A DNA stretch of 64,000 nucleotides from Octopus vulgaris (GCA_951406725.2 OX597836.1:41354001-41418000), one strand, 5' to 3'; counted from the stretch's first letter, positions 1 to 13,930 are shown. Notes: a model not told the origin generated them from the letters alone. Program-made: numbers and translations.

Positions 1-62
1 AGATAGATATATAGATAGATAGATATATAGATAGATAGATAGAGAGATAGATAGATAGATAA

Positions 63-145
<83 letters not shown>

Positions 146-439
146 AAGATAGATAGATAGATAGAGGCTTTAAGAGTTTCTAAACTTCGAGAGAACCTGA
201 AATGATTATTTTTATTTTTGGAACGGTAAAACTCGAAATAGATAACGCTGCATACAACAACAACAACAACAACAACAACAAGAGCAACAACCGACTTCTA
301 GTACTGATGCATCAATGACCGACCCCGGAAAGCTGAAAGGCAAAGATGATCCTAGCGTGTTTTGAACTCAGAACTTAGAGTCGAAAGCAACATTGCAATG
401 GCATTATATTCAACTCTCAAAGAAAAGTATCTATCCTGA

Positions 440-596
440 GGCGCAGGAGTGGCTGTGTGGTAAGTAGCTTGCTAACCAACCACATGGTTGCGGGTTCAGT
501 CCCACTGCATGACATCTTGGGCAAGTATCTTCTGCTATAGCTCCGGGCCAACCAGAGTGGATTTGGTAGACGGAAACTGAAAGAAGCCCGTCATAC

Positions 597-640
<44 letters not shown>

Positions 641-843
641 GTGTGTGTGTATGTGTTTGTGTGTGTGTGTTTGTCCCCCCAGCATTGCTTGACAACTTAC
701 TTAGCGGTTCGGCAAAAGAGACCGATAGAAAAAGTACTGGGCTTACAAAGAATAAGTCCCGGGGTCGAGTTGCTCGACTATAGGCAGTGCTCCAGCATGG
801 CCGCAATCAAATGACTGAAACAAGTAAAAGAGTAAAGAGAGTA
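440..843 (+). mobile_element. tRNA-derived SINE, family A
   Basis: Head ggcgcaggagtggctgtgtggtaag (A box), ggttcagtccc (B box), a CORE-like cttgggcaagt, an internal microsatellite and a (gagtaaaa)n tail. About 11 copies occur in the window. Confidence 0.9.
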
Positions 844-896
844 TCCGAAGACTAAATTCTGTGTGCGTGCGTGTGTGCAACTTGTGTGTGTGTATG

Positions 897-954
<58 letters not shown>

Positions 955-1533
955 TACATATATACATACATACATACGTACGTACGTATACATACATACG
1001 TACATACGTACGTACATACATACATTCATAGAAAAATATATAACATTTTTATGTACATACATATATATACATACACACACACTTACACATTTATTCATGT
1101 ATATAGACGGTTGTGATAGGCCAGTTTTTTATCAGCGAGACTACGAAACAGTTTGCGCGTATATGTATGTGTATGCTTGTATACGCGCGCTCCTTGCCGT
1201 GGCCTTCCTCGTAGAAAGCCATTGTATCAATCAGTTCAACTTCTCAATTTTTACGTCAGCTAAAATAAATACGTAGGGAGCATGTCTCACTCCATGGCTG
1301 CACTACAGGGTTCCATTCCAAAATCCTCTTGTTTTCCCTCTTTTTCTCTGATCTCATCTCTCTCCCTCTCTCTTTCTCTCTCTCTCTACTTCTTCACGCT
1401 TTTTCTCTTTCACTTTCTCTGTTGCTCTCCCTCTTCCGCACCCGTTCTTAAAACAGATCCGAACCGTTTTTGACAATAACTTTAAACTTTAATAATAAAC
1501 ATCAAGCTTGGCTGCTGCTGCTGCTGCTGCTGG

Positions 1534-1587
<54 letters not shown>

Positions 1588-1730
1588 TACTATCGCTGCT
1601 GCTACCTCTACTACAAGTGCTACTACTACTACTACTACTACACACAAACACAAACACACAAACACAAACGCACACACATATATGTATATATGTATATATA
1701 TACATATATATATACACAAATATATATATG

Positions 1731-1767
<37 letters not shown>

Positions 1768-1768
1768 G

Positions 1769-1840
<72 letters not shown>

Positions 1841-2055
1841 GCATCTATGTACATATGTACATATCTATATCTAAATATACAGAAACTTCAATGTAAACGT
1901 GCAACGAGATTGTAAAACTTCATAACAAAGTATTACATAGGACACACCAACACGACCCGTTCTCGTCGGTTGATCATGCATCTCAAGCAAAGGATACACA
2001 GCTTGAAACAAAATTGAATGGGAACGAGTTGAGAGAGCATATATTAAACATGTAA

Positions 2056-2090
<35 letters not shown>

Positions 2091-2290
2091 TGAGTGTGTT
2101 TGTGTGTGCGCGTGTATGTATATATGCATGTATGTATGTATGTATGATATTTATATTACTTGTGTATAGAATGCTTGCATGATTTACGAGTGACGGAATA
2201 TACAACTTTTGGTAAGTGAACGAACTTTCACCATAACCAAACTTGGCAATATAAGTCCTGTGTCAATAAATTTATTAAACACACACACAC

Positions 2291-2329
<39 letters not shown>

Positions 2330-2365
2330 ATCCAAACATGAAAACACAAAGAGAAAACACAACAA

Positions 2366-2637
2366 CGCGGAATTTGAACTCAGAACGTAACGGCAGACGA
2401 AATACCTATTTCTTTACTACCCACAAGGGGCTAAACACAGAGAGGACAAACAAGGAGAGACAGATGGATTAAGTCGATTATATCGACCCCAGTACGTAAC
2501 TGGTACTCATTTAATCGACCCCGAAAGGATGAAAGACAAAGTCGACCTCGGCGGAATTTGAACTCAGAACGTAGCGGCAGACGAAGTACCGTTAAGCATT
2601 TCGCCCGGCGTGCTAACGGTTCTGCCAGCTCGCCGCC
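2366..2637 (-). mobile_element. tRNA-derived SINE family C (Meta/MESC-like core)
   Basis: Head ggcggcgagctggcaga..cgttagcac, B box gagttcaaattc, core tttcatcctttcggggtcgat.aa.t.agtaccag and tail ttgtgggtagtaaagaaata. Confidence 0.88.
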
Positions 2638-2665
2638 TAAATTTATCAATCTATCTATCTATCTG

Positions 2666-2733
<68 letters not shown>

Positions 2734-2765
2734 CCTACATATCTACCTACATATCTATCTATCTA

Positions 2766-2828
<63 letters not shown>

Positions 2829-4039
2829 CTATCTCATGCACAATACCTTACTGTCTGTCTGTCTGTCTGTCTCTCTCTCACACGCACATTCTTTTCCCCA
2901 TTCTCTCTCATTGTCTCACTTTTTATCTAACACTATCACTATCTTTATCTTTCTTACCATCACTATCGCTCTCCCACTCTCTCTCTCCCTCTCTCTTTCC
3001 GTCCAATTAATTCTTTTTCCTTCCTCACTCTCCCCTCTAACTTTTACCCAGCCTTTCTCCTCACTCCCTTTCTCTCTCTTCCTCTCTCTTCCTCTCTCTC
3101 TCTCTCTCTCCCCTCTCACGCTTCACGCCACACTCAGTATTATAATCACTCAGATGAACACTGATCGATCCTTAGATTTATAGATATCTTCCAATTACTA
3201 TTCTTTCCTCACAAATCGATAACCTCAGAATCTTTCGGAGAAATCGATTCTGAGCCGATAATATCAACATTTGTTCTATATGACGTTAATATTGCTATAG
3301 TTATTGTTGTTGTTGTTAAAAGTGGTGGTGGTAGAGATGGTGGTGGTACAGGTGGTGGTGGTATTTGGTAATGATGGTGATAGTGTTGGTAGTGGTGGCG
3401 GTGGTGATGGTGGTGGTGGTAGTGGTGGTGGTGGTAGTATTTGGTAATGATGGTGATGGTGTTGGTAGTGGTGGTGGTGGTGGTGGTGGTGGTGACGGCG
3501 GCGGCTGTGTTGGTGTTCCTTGTAGTGGTGGTGATGGTGGTGGTGGTGGCAGTGGTGATAGTGGTGATAGTGGTGGTGGTGGTGGTGATGAGATGAAGGT
3601 GGTAGCGATGGTAGTTGTTGTGGTGGCGGTTATGTTGTTGTTGTTGTTGTTGGTGGTGGTAGTGGTGGTGATGGTGGTGGTGCTAGTAATGCTGGTGATG
3701 CTGGTGTTGGAGTTGTTTGGGAGTCGGGGTGGTTGTGGCATTTGTAGTTGTGTTGGTGTTGGTTCTAGTGGCAGTGGTGAGCTTGATGTTGACGGCGGCA
3801 GTATTGGTGGTGTGGACGTGGTGTGAATACAGTGCGGCAACAAGGAAGGGCAGAGTAGTGGTGGTGGTGGTGGTGGGAGGGTCGCGTGGAAGTGATGAGG
3901 TGATATGGCACTGATGTTTCTCTTGTCATCGTCGTCGTTGTTGCTGTTATTTAGTGTAACCCTTGCGAACTCCAGGCACAGGGGCGTTAGGAGAGCTCAC
4001 ATCTTGAGTATGGAAGCAATGGTACTTATGCACTTATGC

Positions 4040-4226
4040 AACACTTACATTAGATTGGGCACCTTGTTCGGATGAATGATCGGAGGATCCCTTAGCAGAT
4101 GCTGTAAGGCGAACTTGTTCCTGGAAAGCGTCCCAAGCGGAAACCCAGACTACGATTTAAGAATTGTGTGAAGTCTTCATTGAGGGCGTATGAAATGTGG
4201 AAGGCCAACTGGAAAATGCTTGTCAT
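4040..4226 (+). mobile_element. RTE-clade LINE ORF2 C-terminal fragment (decayed)
   Basis: Reads IGHLVRMNDRRIP*QML*GELVPGKRPKRKPRLRFKNCVKSSL..WKML, the typical RTE GHxxRM..RIPK..LYGEL..GKR..GRP..R.KD motif. Confidence 0.75.
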
Positions 4227-4235
4227 TGTCTTAAA

Positions 4236-4534
4236 TAGGGTAAAGAGTAAAGAACCCCTTCGGTCATGAATGACTTCGGGCTTGCACCTAGAAAGTGCCC
4301 CTCCGAGGCACAAGTCCGGGCATAGTTGTTTAAGACCAGCAATCACCCATGCATACCAACCACCACTCTCTATGCAATTATATGTACATAGAACAAAGGG
4401 TAAAGACCCCCTTCGATCTTGAATGACCATGGTATTGCACTTAGAAAGTTCCCCTCCGAGGCACAAGTCCAGGCGAGTTTGTTTGTGGAAGATCAGCAGT
4501 TGCTAATGTATACTAGCCTGCCCTCTCCACACCA
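4236..4534 (-). mobile_element. Two tandem diverged copies of a SINE-like 3' segment
   Basis: agggtaaag..ccccttcg.tc.tgaatgac..gcac.tagaaagt.cccctccgaggcacaagtcc.ggc occurs at about 4237 and about 4397. Confidence 0.55.
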
Positions 4535-4542
4535 TGGAGAAA

Positions 4543-4680
<138 letters not shown>

Positions 4681-4709
4681 TATATGTATATATATATATA
4701 TATATATGT

Positions 4710-4780
<71 letters not shown>

Positions 4781-4923
4781 AAGGTTTAAGAGGCAGAATC
4801 ACATCAAGCAACCCAATCATCATTGAACCACATTATCCACGATAGGTACATACAGGACTAAATATTAAAATTATCAAAATTAATATCTTCAATCTTACTC
4901 TAAATCATATACTTTACGTTATA

Positions 4924-5029
4924 TAGACTACGCGCGTTTCATGACAACATATTTCTCGATATTGTTGAAATAGAAGGTTCGAAATACAATACCATATTAA
5001 AACGATTATATTGCTAATCTTCAGGTCTA
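4924..5029 (-). ncRNA. Type I hammerhead ribozyme motif
   Basis: tagac CUGAAGA U-[tagcaatata..tatgttgtca]-U GAAA cgcgcg UA gtcta; 5-bp stem I and palindromic stem III. Confidence 0.75.
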
Positions 5030-5164
5030 AATATATGAACTTATTTTGCTATTTACATCCTATGTAAAGACATGACAAACTAAATTTACATAACTAGAAG
5101 TTGTCGGAATAATTTTACTTTAGTAAATAATGAACGGAAATGTGGAATAAAAGTAGGAAAAAGA

Positions 5165-5968
5165 AATGTTGGAATCTTCCTAGCCGAGCGACATTATGGA
5201 TACTGACATTTTCGTTGACAGAGAACAATTCTCCAACTGAAACGGAAACAAAATTTATGTCATCTTTTAGGCGGTTAATGCCTGTATCACAGGTGGATTT
5301 AGCTTTACCATAAATGATTGCTGATCTTGAGTGGACAAAATGGTCTTTCTGTTCTCTACTGTGAACTGCGGCATTCGATTCTTCATCGGATAATTTAGAA
5401 AGGGCGGTTTCGTAGCCATCAAACTTATGTAGGCCTTTGGGGTCGATCAGAATGGGTTTAGTGGTCATAACTTTCCCGCCTGGTTTGGAACTGCACTGCC
5501 TCTTCTTCGTTTTGGAGGAGCACCACTCCCCTGATGACCTCACATCAAGATCATTCAGAATTGGTTGAGCAATGTCATTGATGGGAAGGACAAATGAGGA
5601 AGAATCCAAACAGATTTTATCTTGAGCAGGTTTCGCAGCTAAATCTGCCCCACTGGAGTTTTGACTACGTTTCTTCTTTTTGGGAGAACAATGGTCTTCA
5701 GGCGGGTTTGAGCCTACGCTCCTCAATTCTTGTTGGGGAACTTCCGGGACCGAAATGGCAGATGAGGAAGAATCTGCACAGATACGTTCATGAGTGGAAG
5801 CGACTGCCGGTTCCTTCGCCTTCTTTGGCCGCATCGATTTTGATCCCTTCAGTTTGGACGTCTTTAGGGAAGAAATCAAGAGTGGCTCTGCGTCAATAGG
5901 AGACTTCGAATGGGATTCAGCCTGTTTATTCAGTAAATGAGCAACAACAGACTTTAGGTGCTCGACCT
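5165..5968 (-). mobile_element. LINE ORF1-like fragment (CR1/L2-type RRM start)
   Basis: The non-repetitive part of ORF 5115-6395 ends in RSAIIYGKAKS...DDINFV...IHNVARLGRF, which resembles the N.IIxGxxE...V.RLG signature of CR1/L2-group ORF1 proteins. Confidence 0.55.
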
Positions 5969-6388
5969 GTATGTATGTATGCATGGATGTATGTATGTAT
6001 GTATGTATGTATGTATGTATGTATGTATGTATGTTTATATGTATGCATGTATGTATGTATGTATGTATGTATGTATGTATGCATGTATGTATGTATGTAT
6101 GTATGCATGCATGCATGTATGTATGTATGTATGTATGTATGTATGTATGTATGTATGTATGCATGTATGTATGTATGTATGTATGCATGCATGCATGTAT
6201 GTATGTATGTATGTATGTATGTATGTATGCATGCATGCATGTATGTATATATGTATGTATGTATGTGTGTATGCATGCATGTATATATGTTTGTATGTAT
6301 GTATGTATGTATGCATGTATATATGAATGTATGTATGTGTGCATGTATGTATATATGTATGCATGTATGTATGTATGTATATATGTAT
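5968..6388. repeat. (GTAT)n microsatellite
   Basis: Read directly. Confidence 0.95.
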
Positions 6389-6667
6389 TTTCCATAGATT
6401 AGCATTTCGGTAAATAACGATCGATAAGATAACCACCAGACTTTAAAATAAATACGAAGGTCGATATGATCGACTGAAAAGCCTTTTGAAGACGGTTCCC
6501 CAGCATGGAAGCAGTTAATGTCAGAGAATTCCTTGTAATTAATTTAATTATGCATATCTAAATATTTCATGTAAATTAAAATTGAAATGATTTAAATAAT
6601 TGAAAAAAAAAATGTATCGTTGATAACACCAACTGCTATTCTTCAGATTGTACACATTGCTCCGATC

Positions 6668-6698
<31 letters not shown>

Positions 6699-6893
6699 CT
6701 TCTTCTTTTCTTCTTTTTCTTCTTCTTCTTCTTTTTTTCTTCTTCTTTTTCTTCTTCTTCTTCTTCTTCTTCTTCTTTTTCGTCTTCTTTTTCTTCTTCT
6801 TTTTCTTCTTCTTTTTCTTCTCCTCCTCCTCCTTCTTCTTCTCATCATCATCATCCTGTTGTTACTACCACTACCACCACCACCACCACCACC

Positions 6894-6934
<41 letters not shown>

Positions 6935-7536
6935 CACTATCACATCTAGCCTTTTTGCTTCAATAGCTTTTAACTTCATGGTGAAATCCCAATACACCCC
7001 GTGATTAATATTTATCAGCAGAACCTCCGTTGTTTACTCCACTTTTCTTTCATTCGAAATACACAGACTTAGCTAACGTCTCAACGTACTCTATTATCGA
7101 AACAGTCATGACCGTGCTTATACTCTATTCGTTCTACCTTACTGCATTTACGTAGGAGATGGTTAATACTTTCGTCCCCTTTTCTATAAAATCTGTGTCA
7201 GTAGCGCGATTCTATTGTAAATATATTTTATTAGTTGAACGATATTTCAACAGTACGTCTGTCTTTGTCAAGTTCAAAATAAGAAGTGATAAAAATTCAA
7301 AATTACAGAAATTTAAACGCAAAGTATGAACAAGAGCAACCAGCGTCCATACGTTCATACGACGATAACAACAAAAGCAACACCAAAGCTAGTCACTTCA
7401 ATAATAATTACAATAGTAAGAGCAATGGTAACGCAACAGTGTTTGTCAACAGAACGACAGATTTTTTTAAATAATAGCGACTTCAAAAAGTGCAACTGCA
7501 ACAACTTCGACAACAACAGTAACAGCAGCAACGACA

Positions 7537-7925
7537 GGAGGCGCAATGACCCAATGGTTAGGGCAGCGGACTCGCGGTCGGAGGATCGCGGTTTCGATTC
7601 CCAGACCGGGCGTTGTGTGTGTTTATTGAGCGAAAACACCTAAAGCTCAACGAGGCTCCGGCAAGGGGTGGTGGCGACCCCTGTTGTACTCTTTCGCCCC
7701 CAACTTTCTCTCACTCTTTCTTCCTGTTTCTTGTCCCCGATTTCCTACGCAACCGCTGAGCCTGGATGCGCATTCATCCATCCATCGATGCTCTCGGTGT
7801 CGGGGGTTGACCTGCTTTCTCTTCTGCGGGTCTTACGAATAGCAAAGGACCACATTTCGGACTTCCCCTACGACAGGGACGAAGACCGCTTCGCTCAACA
7901 GCAACAGCAACAGCAGCAACGACAA
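7537..7925 (+). mobile_element. tRNA-derived SINE family B, tail type 1
   Basis: Head ggaggcgcaatg.ccca.tggttagggcagcggactcgcgg...ggtttcgattccc; tail ends gaagaccgcttcgct followed by (caacag)n. Confidence 0.9.
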
Positions 7926-8785
7926 TAGAAACAACATCGACTCGAATAACAGTAACAGCAACAAAAGGCAGTAGTGACAGTGAAGAGAGAGCAATAGGAG
8001 CGACAAACAAGAAGGCACTAATCTCGAAACGGGGAATAGTTGTGGTACGTCAGGTGAGGTTGCCTTCATGGAGGTGGTTTTCCATTTGTAGCTGTATAAT
8101 TTCTCAATAGGAGACAAGCATACCATAGTCTAGGAAGCCGTCATATTTAGATAACCTGAAAAGAGAGATGTTCTGGCACATCTACAGGAAATTCTAACTG
8201 AAACGGCCAAAAAGGACCATTTTATGTTCAGGTTTTTTTTTAAGTAGTCACCTAGAAATGATGGCTCACACGAAAGTGGAAAGGCATCTCTAAAATATAT
8301 GGCAAAAAAATCCACCATGTAACGAAGACCAAGCAGTTCGGTCCCCTGCTGGAGTGAAAAGTTCGCTCACTTCTCCATGTGTAGTGGAAAAAACAAAATT
8401 GAGGTTAAGAGTACTGTGTGTTGCACTAGAGTTGGATATCCAGTGGTTCTAGATTGTGTTGTTCTGGAAGGGAGCGATGCCTTGCTGGATGTCAAAATAT
8501 CGTGGGACCAGACTGATGATTCTTCTCTAGTTTAAGTCCTAACACATATAAAGGACATCAGACCTCATATCCCTGTCGAACGGAGTGGAACTGCAAGACA
8601 TGGTGACAGAAGGCCGAGGTGCTACTTATGTAGTTAAACCGATCAGTTGGGAATTTCTGCTCACACAACCAAACCAAAATATGGGGTAGGGAAGGTACCA
8701 CCGCTGCCATTACCATCACAAGAACAAGAAGAACCACAATGACAACAACAGAGTGCAACAGCATTAGGTATAACAGCAACAGCAA

Positions 8786-9160
8786 GAGGCGCAATGGCCC
8801 AGTGGTTAGGGCAGTGGACTCGCAGTCGGAGGATCGCGGTTTCGATTCCCAGACCGGGTGTTGTGTGTGTTTATTGAGCGAAAACACCTGAAGCCCCACG
8901 AGGCTCCGGCAGGGGGTGGTGGTCACCCTTGTTGTTCTCTTTCGCTCCAACTTTCTCTCACTCTTTCTTCCTGTTTCTTGTCCCCGACTTCCTACGCAAC
9001 CGTTGAGCCTGGATGCGCATTCATCCATCCGTCGATGCTCTCGATGTCGGGGGTTGACCTGCTTTCTCCTCTGCGGGTCTTACGAATAGCAAAAGGACCT
9101 CGTTTCGGACTTCTCCCACTAATGGGACGAAGACCGCTTCGCTCAACAAACAAACAAACA
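8786..9160 (+). mobile_element. SINE family B, tail type 1
   Basis: Near-identical to 7537-7925. Confidence 0.9.
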
Positions 9161-9177
9161 AGCAGCAGTTCGAAAAT

Positions 9178-9476
9178 GACTCGCGGTCGGAGGATCACGG
9201 TTTCGATTCCCAGACCGGGCGTTGTGTGTGTTTATTGAGTGTCAACACCTAAAGCTCCACGAGGCTCCGGCAGGGGGTGGTGGTGACCCTTGTTGTTCTC
9301 TTTCGCTCCAACTTTCTCTCACTCTTTCTTCCTGTTTCTTGTCCCCGACTTACTACGCAACCACTGAGCCTAGATGCGCATTCATCCATCCGTCGATGCT
9401 CTCGGTGTCCGGGGTTGACCTTGCTTTCTCTTCTGCGGGTCTTACGAATAGCAAAGGACCACGTTTCGGACTTCTC
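9178..9476 (+). mobile_element. SINE family B, tail type 1, truncated
   Basis: Starts inside the tRNA head. Confidence 0.85.
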
Positions 9477-9606
9477 TCAGCAGCAGATATACCAACACTA
9501 CAGCAGCAGTGGTACCCCAAAAAATTATTAGCGTCTAAGTCGTCTGCAGAAGCAGCTGCACTGGCGACAACACAGAAAGAATACATCGCAAAAATTGTCA
9601 ACCATA

Positions 9607-10013
9607 GGCGCAGGAGTGGCTGTGTGGTAAGTAGCTTGCTTACCAACCACATGGTTCCGGGTTCAGTCCCACTGCGTGGCACCTTGGGCAAGTGTCTTCT
9701 ACTATAGCCTCGGGCCGACTACAGCCTTGTGAGTGGATTTGGTAGACGGAAACTGAAAGAAGCCCGTCGTATATATGTATATATATATATGTGCGTGTGT
9801 GTTTGTGTGTCTGTGTTTGTCCCTCTAGCATTGCTTGACAACCGATGGTGGTGTGTTTACGTCCCCGTCACTTAGCGGTTCGGCAAAAGAGACCGATAGA
9901 ATAAGTACTGGGCTTACAAAAGAATAAGTCCCGGGGTCGAGTTGTTCGATTAAAGGCGGTGCTCCAGCATGACCGCAGTCAAATGACTGAAACAAGTAAA
10001 AGAGTAAAAGAGT
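9607..10013 (+). mobile_element. SINE family A, full length
   Basis: Same head and tail as 440-843. Confidence 0.9.
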
Positions 10014-10029
10014 ATAGGAGATCCCAACT

Positions 10030-10457
10030 CAATACACACACGCACCGACTCACATACACACACACACCGACTCACACACACACACACCGACTCACACACA
10101 CACACACACACGCCGACTCACACACACACACACACACCGACTCACATACACACACACCGACTCACACACACACAAACACACACACACACACCGACTCACA
10201 CACACACACACACACCGACTCACACACACACCGACTCACACACACACACACACACGCACCGACTCACATACACACACACACACACCGACTCACACACACA
10301 CACACTGACTCACACACACACACACACACGCCGACTCACACACACACACACACACCGACTCACATACACACACACACACACAAACACACACACCGACTCA
10401 CACACACACACACACACCGACACACACAAACACACACACACACACCGACTCACACAC
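10030..10457. repeat. (CA)n minisatellite punctuated by CCGACT
   Basis: Repeated cacacaccgact units of variable length. Confidence 0.9.
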
Positions 10458-10811
10458 GTTCTCTCACTCCCTCCTTCGTTCTCTCCCCTTCTTGTACACA
10501 AATATAGTCGCACACATCCAGACATACAGACATCCAAACAGACACACAAGCGCAGGCACACACACATATACACACACAGATAAATACAGACATAGACACA
10601 CACACAGATACACACACACAGACACACACACGAACACACACACACACGAACACATAGCCCTACTTAGCGACCTCATCTTGTGATTAGAAGAGGAAAAAAC
10701 CACAAGAAACAATAAAAAGACAAGAAATAAAATAGAAATAGAAAAAAAACACACACGCACACGACAACATTGCCGACGCCAGATTTAGGCAAATTTAAGA
10801 CAACAAATACA

Positions 10812-11398
10812 ACATCACCATCATCATCACCACCCTTATCACCACCCCTATCACCACCATCATCATCATCAACAGCCTTATCACCAACACCATCACCAAC
10901 ACCACCACCACCACCACTTTCCCCACCATCACCACCACTTTCACCACCAGCACCGCCACCACTTTCACCACCACTACCACTACCACCACCACCACCATCA
11001 CCACCACCACCACCACCACCACCACCACCACCACTTTCCCCACCATCACCACCACCACCACCACCACCAATACCACCACCACCACCACCACTACCACTTT
11101 CCTATTCAACACCACCATCACCTTCACCACCAGCACCGCCAGCACCACCACCACTTTCCCCCCACCCCACCACCACCACCACCACCACTACCACCACCAC
11201 CTCCACCACAACCACCACCACCACCACCACTACCACCACAACCACCACCACCACTTTCCCCACCACCACCACCACCACAACCACCACCACCACCACCACC
11301 ACCACCACCACCACCACCACTACCACTTTCCTATTCAACACCACCATCACCTTCACCACCAGCACCACAAGCACCACCACATCACCACCACCACCACT
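10812..11398. repeat. (CAC)n-rich low-complexity tract
   Basis: Read directly. A similar (GGT)n tract lies at 3320-3875. Confidence 0.9.
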
Positions 11399-11576
11399 AA
11401 TTCTACCTCCACTAAAAGCAACAAAAAGAAAATACAAACACAATAAAAAAAAGCACGAAAGCGACACCAAGAGGCATGTAAAGAAAAAAAGCGTAACAAC
11501 AATCCGAAAAACAACACCAAAGCAACACTCAACAACAACGACAACGACAACAAATCGTCTCCATACCCATCTTTGT

Positions 11577-12419
11577 TATTTCTTTACTGCCCACAAGGGG
11601 CTAAACATAGAGGGAACAAATAAAGAGAGACATAGGTATTAAGTCGATTACATCGACCCCAGTGCGTACCTGGTATTTAATTTATGGACTAAACATAGAG
11701 GGGACGAACAAAGACAGACAAAGGAATCAAGTCGATTACATCGACCCCAGTGCGTACCTGGTATTTAATTTATGGACTAAACATAGAGGGGACGAACAAA
11801 GACAGACAAAGGAATCAAGTCGATTACATCGACCCCAGTGTGTAACTGGTACTTAATTTATGGACTAAACATAGAGGGGACGAACAAAGACAGACAAAGG
11901 AATCAAGTCGATTACATCGACCCAGTGTGTAACTGGTACTTAATTTATGGACTAAACATAGAGGGGACGAACAAAGACAGACAAAGGAATCAAGTCGATT
12001 ACATCGACCCCAGTGCGTACCTGGTATTTAATTTATGGACTAAACATAGAGGGGACGAACAAAGACAGACAAAGGAATCAAGTCGATTACATCGACCCAG
12101 TGTGTAACTGGTACTTAATTTATGGACTAAACATAGAGGGGACGAACAAAGACAGACAAAGGAATCAAGTCGATTACATCGACCCCAGTGCGTACCTGGT
12201 ATTTAATTTATGGACTAAACATAGAGGGGACGAACAAAGACAGACAAAGGAATCAAGTCGATTACATCGACCCCAGTGTGTAACTGGTACTTAATTTATC
12301 GACCCCGAAAGGATTAAAGGCAAAGTCGACCTCGGTGAAATTTGAACTCAGAACGTAACGGCAGACGAAATACGGCTACGCATTTCACCCGACGTGCTAA
12401 CGTTTCTGCCAGCTCGCCG
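11577..12419 (-). mobile_element. SINE family C expanded by an internal 88-bp tandem array
   Basis: Head at about 12300-12419 and tail at about 11577-11640, with seven extra ~88-bp units between them. Confidence 0.88.
11686..12299. repeat. SINE-derived 87-88-bp tandem repeat, 7 units
   Basis: Unit ggactaaacatagaggggacgaacaaagacagacaaaggaatcaagtcgattacatcgacccc...taatttat. Confidence 0.92.
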
Positions 12420-12953
12420 TGAAGATATCGCCTCCCTGCTGTCTTTTGGTCGGAAAGGGCAAACAGTTTTTCTTTGTCTGAAGGCTGTGGGGTAAATGGT
12501 TGTGTGGTGGATGAGACAGAAACGACTAAAGGCAGACGTTTTCCTCCTGGGGCATGCTCTTTGCGACTCTTTAAAACTCTACTTACAAAAAACTTAAAGG
12601 GTGAGAAAGAGAGAGAGTGGGGGGGGGGCTGCATCCAGTATATTTGTTGGAATATGAATTGAAAGGTGAGTGAATGTGGCACGGTTGGATCGATTAACTT
12701 CCACTCTTTAAGCTGGAGAGTACAAAAACGAGAGCCTGCCTGTTATGTCAAGGACGTCAGGGTAATTCGGGATCTGAATGGTTGATACTCCCCACCCTTA
12801 CTGGGAATTTCATTGTTGATTTTAAAAAAATCTATTACAGTTTTTATTGTTTATAATAAATAAATCTATGTAATATTCTGTTGTGTCTGGGGAGATCATT
12901 TTCTTTTTGTGCCTTATTATTTAACACACTCACCGGTGACATTTCCACTTATT

Positions 12954-13365
12954 TACTCTCTTTTACTCTTTTACTTGTTTCAGTCATTTGACTGCGGCCA
13001 TGCTGGAGCACCGCCTTTAGTCGAGCAAATCGACCCCGAGACTTATTCTTTGTAAGCCCAGTACTTATTCTATCGGTTTCGTTTGCCGAACCGCTAAGTG
13101 ACGGGACGTAAACACACCAGCATCGGTTGTCAAGCAATGCTAGGGGGACAAACACAGACACAGAAACACATACACATACATATACATATATATACATATA
13201 TACGACGGGCTTCTTTCATTTTCCGTCTACCAAATCTAATCACAAGGCATTGGTCAGCCCGGGGCTATAGCAGAAGACACTTGCCCAAGATGCCACGCTG
13301 TAGGACTGAACCCGGAACCATGTGGTTGGTTAGCAAGCTACTTACCACACAGCCACTCCTGCGCC
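12954..13365 (-). mobile_element. SINE family A, full length
   Basis: Reverse complement of family A. It is inserted in the loop of an inverted repeat. Confidence 0.9.
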
Positions 13366-13383
13366 TTTCTTATTTTTATTTTG

Positions 13384-13420
13384 CTAAAATTTTCGTTGCG
13401 TCTTGCAACCTTTTCAATAG
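13384..13420 (-). ncRNA. Type I hammerhead motif, U3-A8 variant
   Basis: cta UUGAAAA g gttgc-aagac-gcaac GAAA at UU tag. Confidence 0.55.
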
Positions 13421-13629
13421 GCACAAAAATAAAATGACTCTCCCCAGACACAACAGAATATGCTTCAACACACGAACACACATAACGAATCTTGCAAACG
13501 AAATCCAAAAGCGAAATCTATGTAAACATCTACCGTACTTTGTTTCGTCTTAAATTGCAGAAAACGCTCTGCTGTACTTACGATCAGACTTCGAGTGCTT
13601 CAGGACTTGATATTCCCTATTATCTAAGC

Positions 13630-13825
13630 CAGTGGTTTTCAACCAGGGTTCCGTCAGTACAGGGGTTCCGCAAGAAGTTACAAAACTGCTAAAATCGACA
13701 GTAATTTTTAATTCTCCTGTGCAGATATGTGTGCATAAGACTATTTAATTATTGCACGGAGGTTCCTCGAGCCAGTGGAATGTTTCCTTGGGATTCCGCT
13801 CCAGCAAAAAGTTTGAAAAGCACTG
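13630..13825 (+). mobile_element. hAT-type MITE (~200 bp)
   Basis: TIRs CAGTGGTTTTCAA and TTGAAAAGCACTG; three copies in the window. Confidence 0.88.
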
Positions 13826-13930
13826 CCCTATTATCTAAGCCTTCAAAGTGATGAAATGAAAGTGGATGGGTGTCACCTGATGGAAATATTGCCAGTACCG
13901 AGCCAGTAGTTGTGGCTTGGATGCTGATAG

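Noticed and set aside
5115-6395. 426-aa ORF as a host gene
   Set aside because: The N-terminal third is microsatellite. The remainder resembles a truncated LINE ORF1, although a CAG at the microsatellite boundary means an exon cannot be fully excluded.
7537-7615. tRNA genes at SINE heads
   Set aside because: The A/B boxes belong to multi-copy SINEs with bodies and tails, and the cloverleaves are incomplete.
8020-8700. Higher-complexity segment possibly coding
   Set aside because: Frames contain multiple stops and no recognisable motif. It is probably a decayed TE but cannot be assigned.
10770-11642. Pro/Thr-rich extensin- or mucin-like ORF (also 3316-3843)
   Set aside because: It is a (CAC)n low-complexity tract, open in several frames and running into a SINE.
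11686-12299. CRISPR-like regular array
   Set aside because: The units are wholly repeated SINE sequence with no unique spacers, in a eukaryotic context without cas genes.
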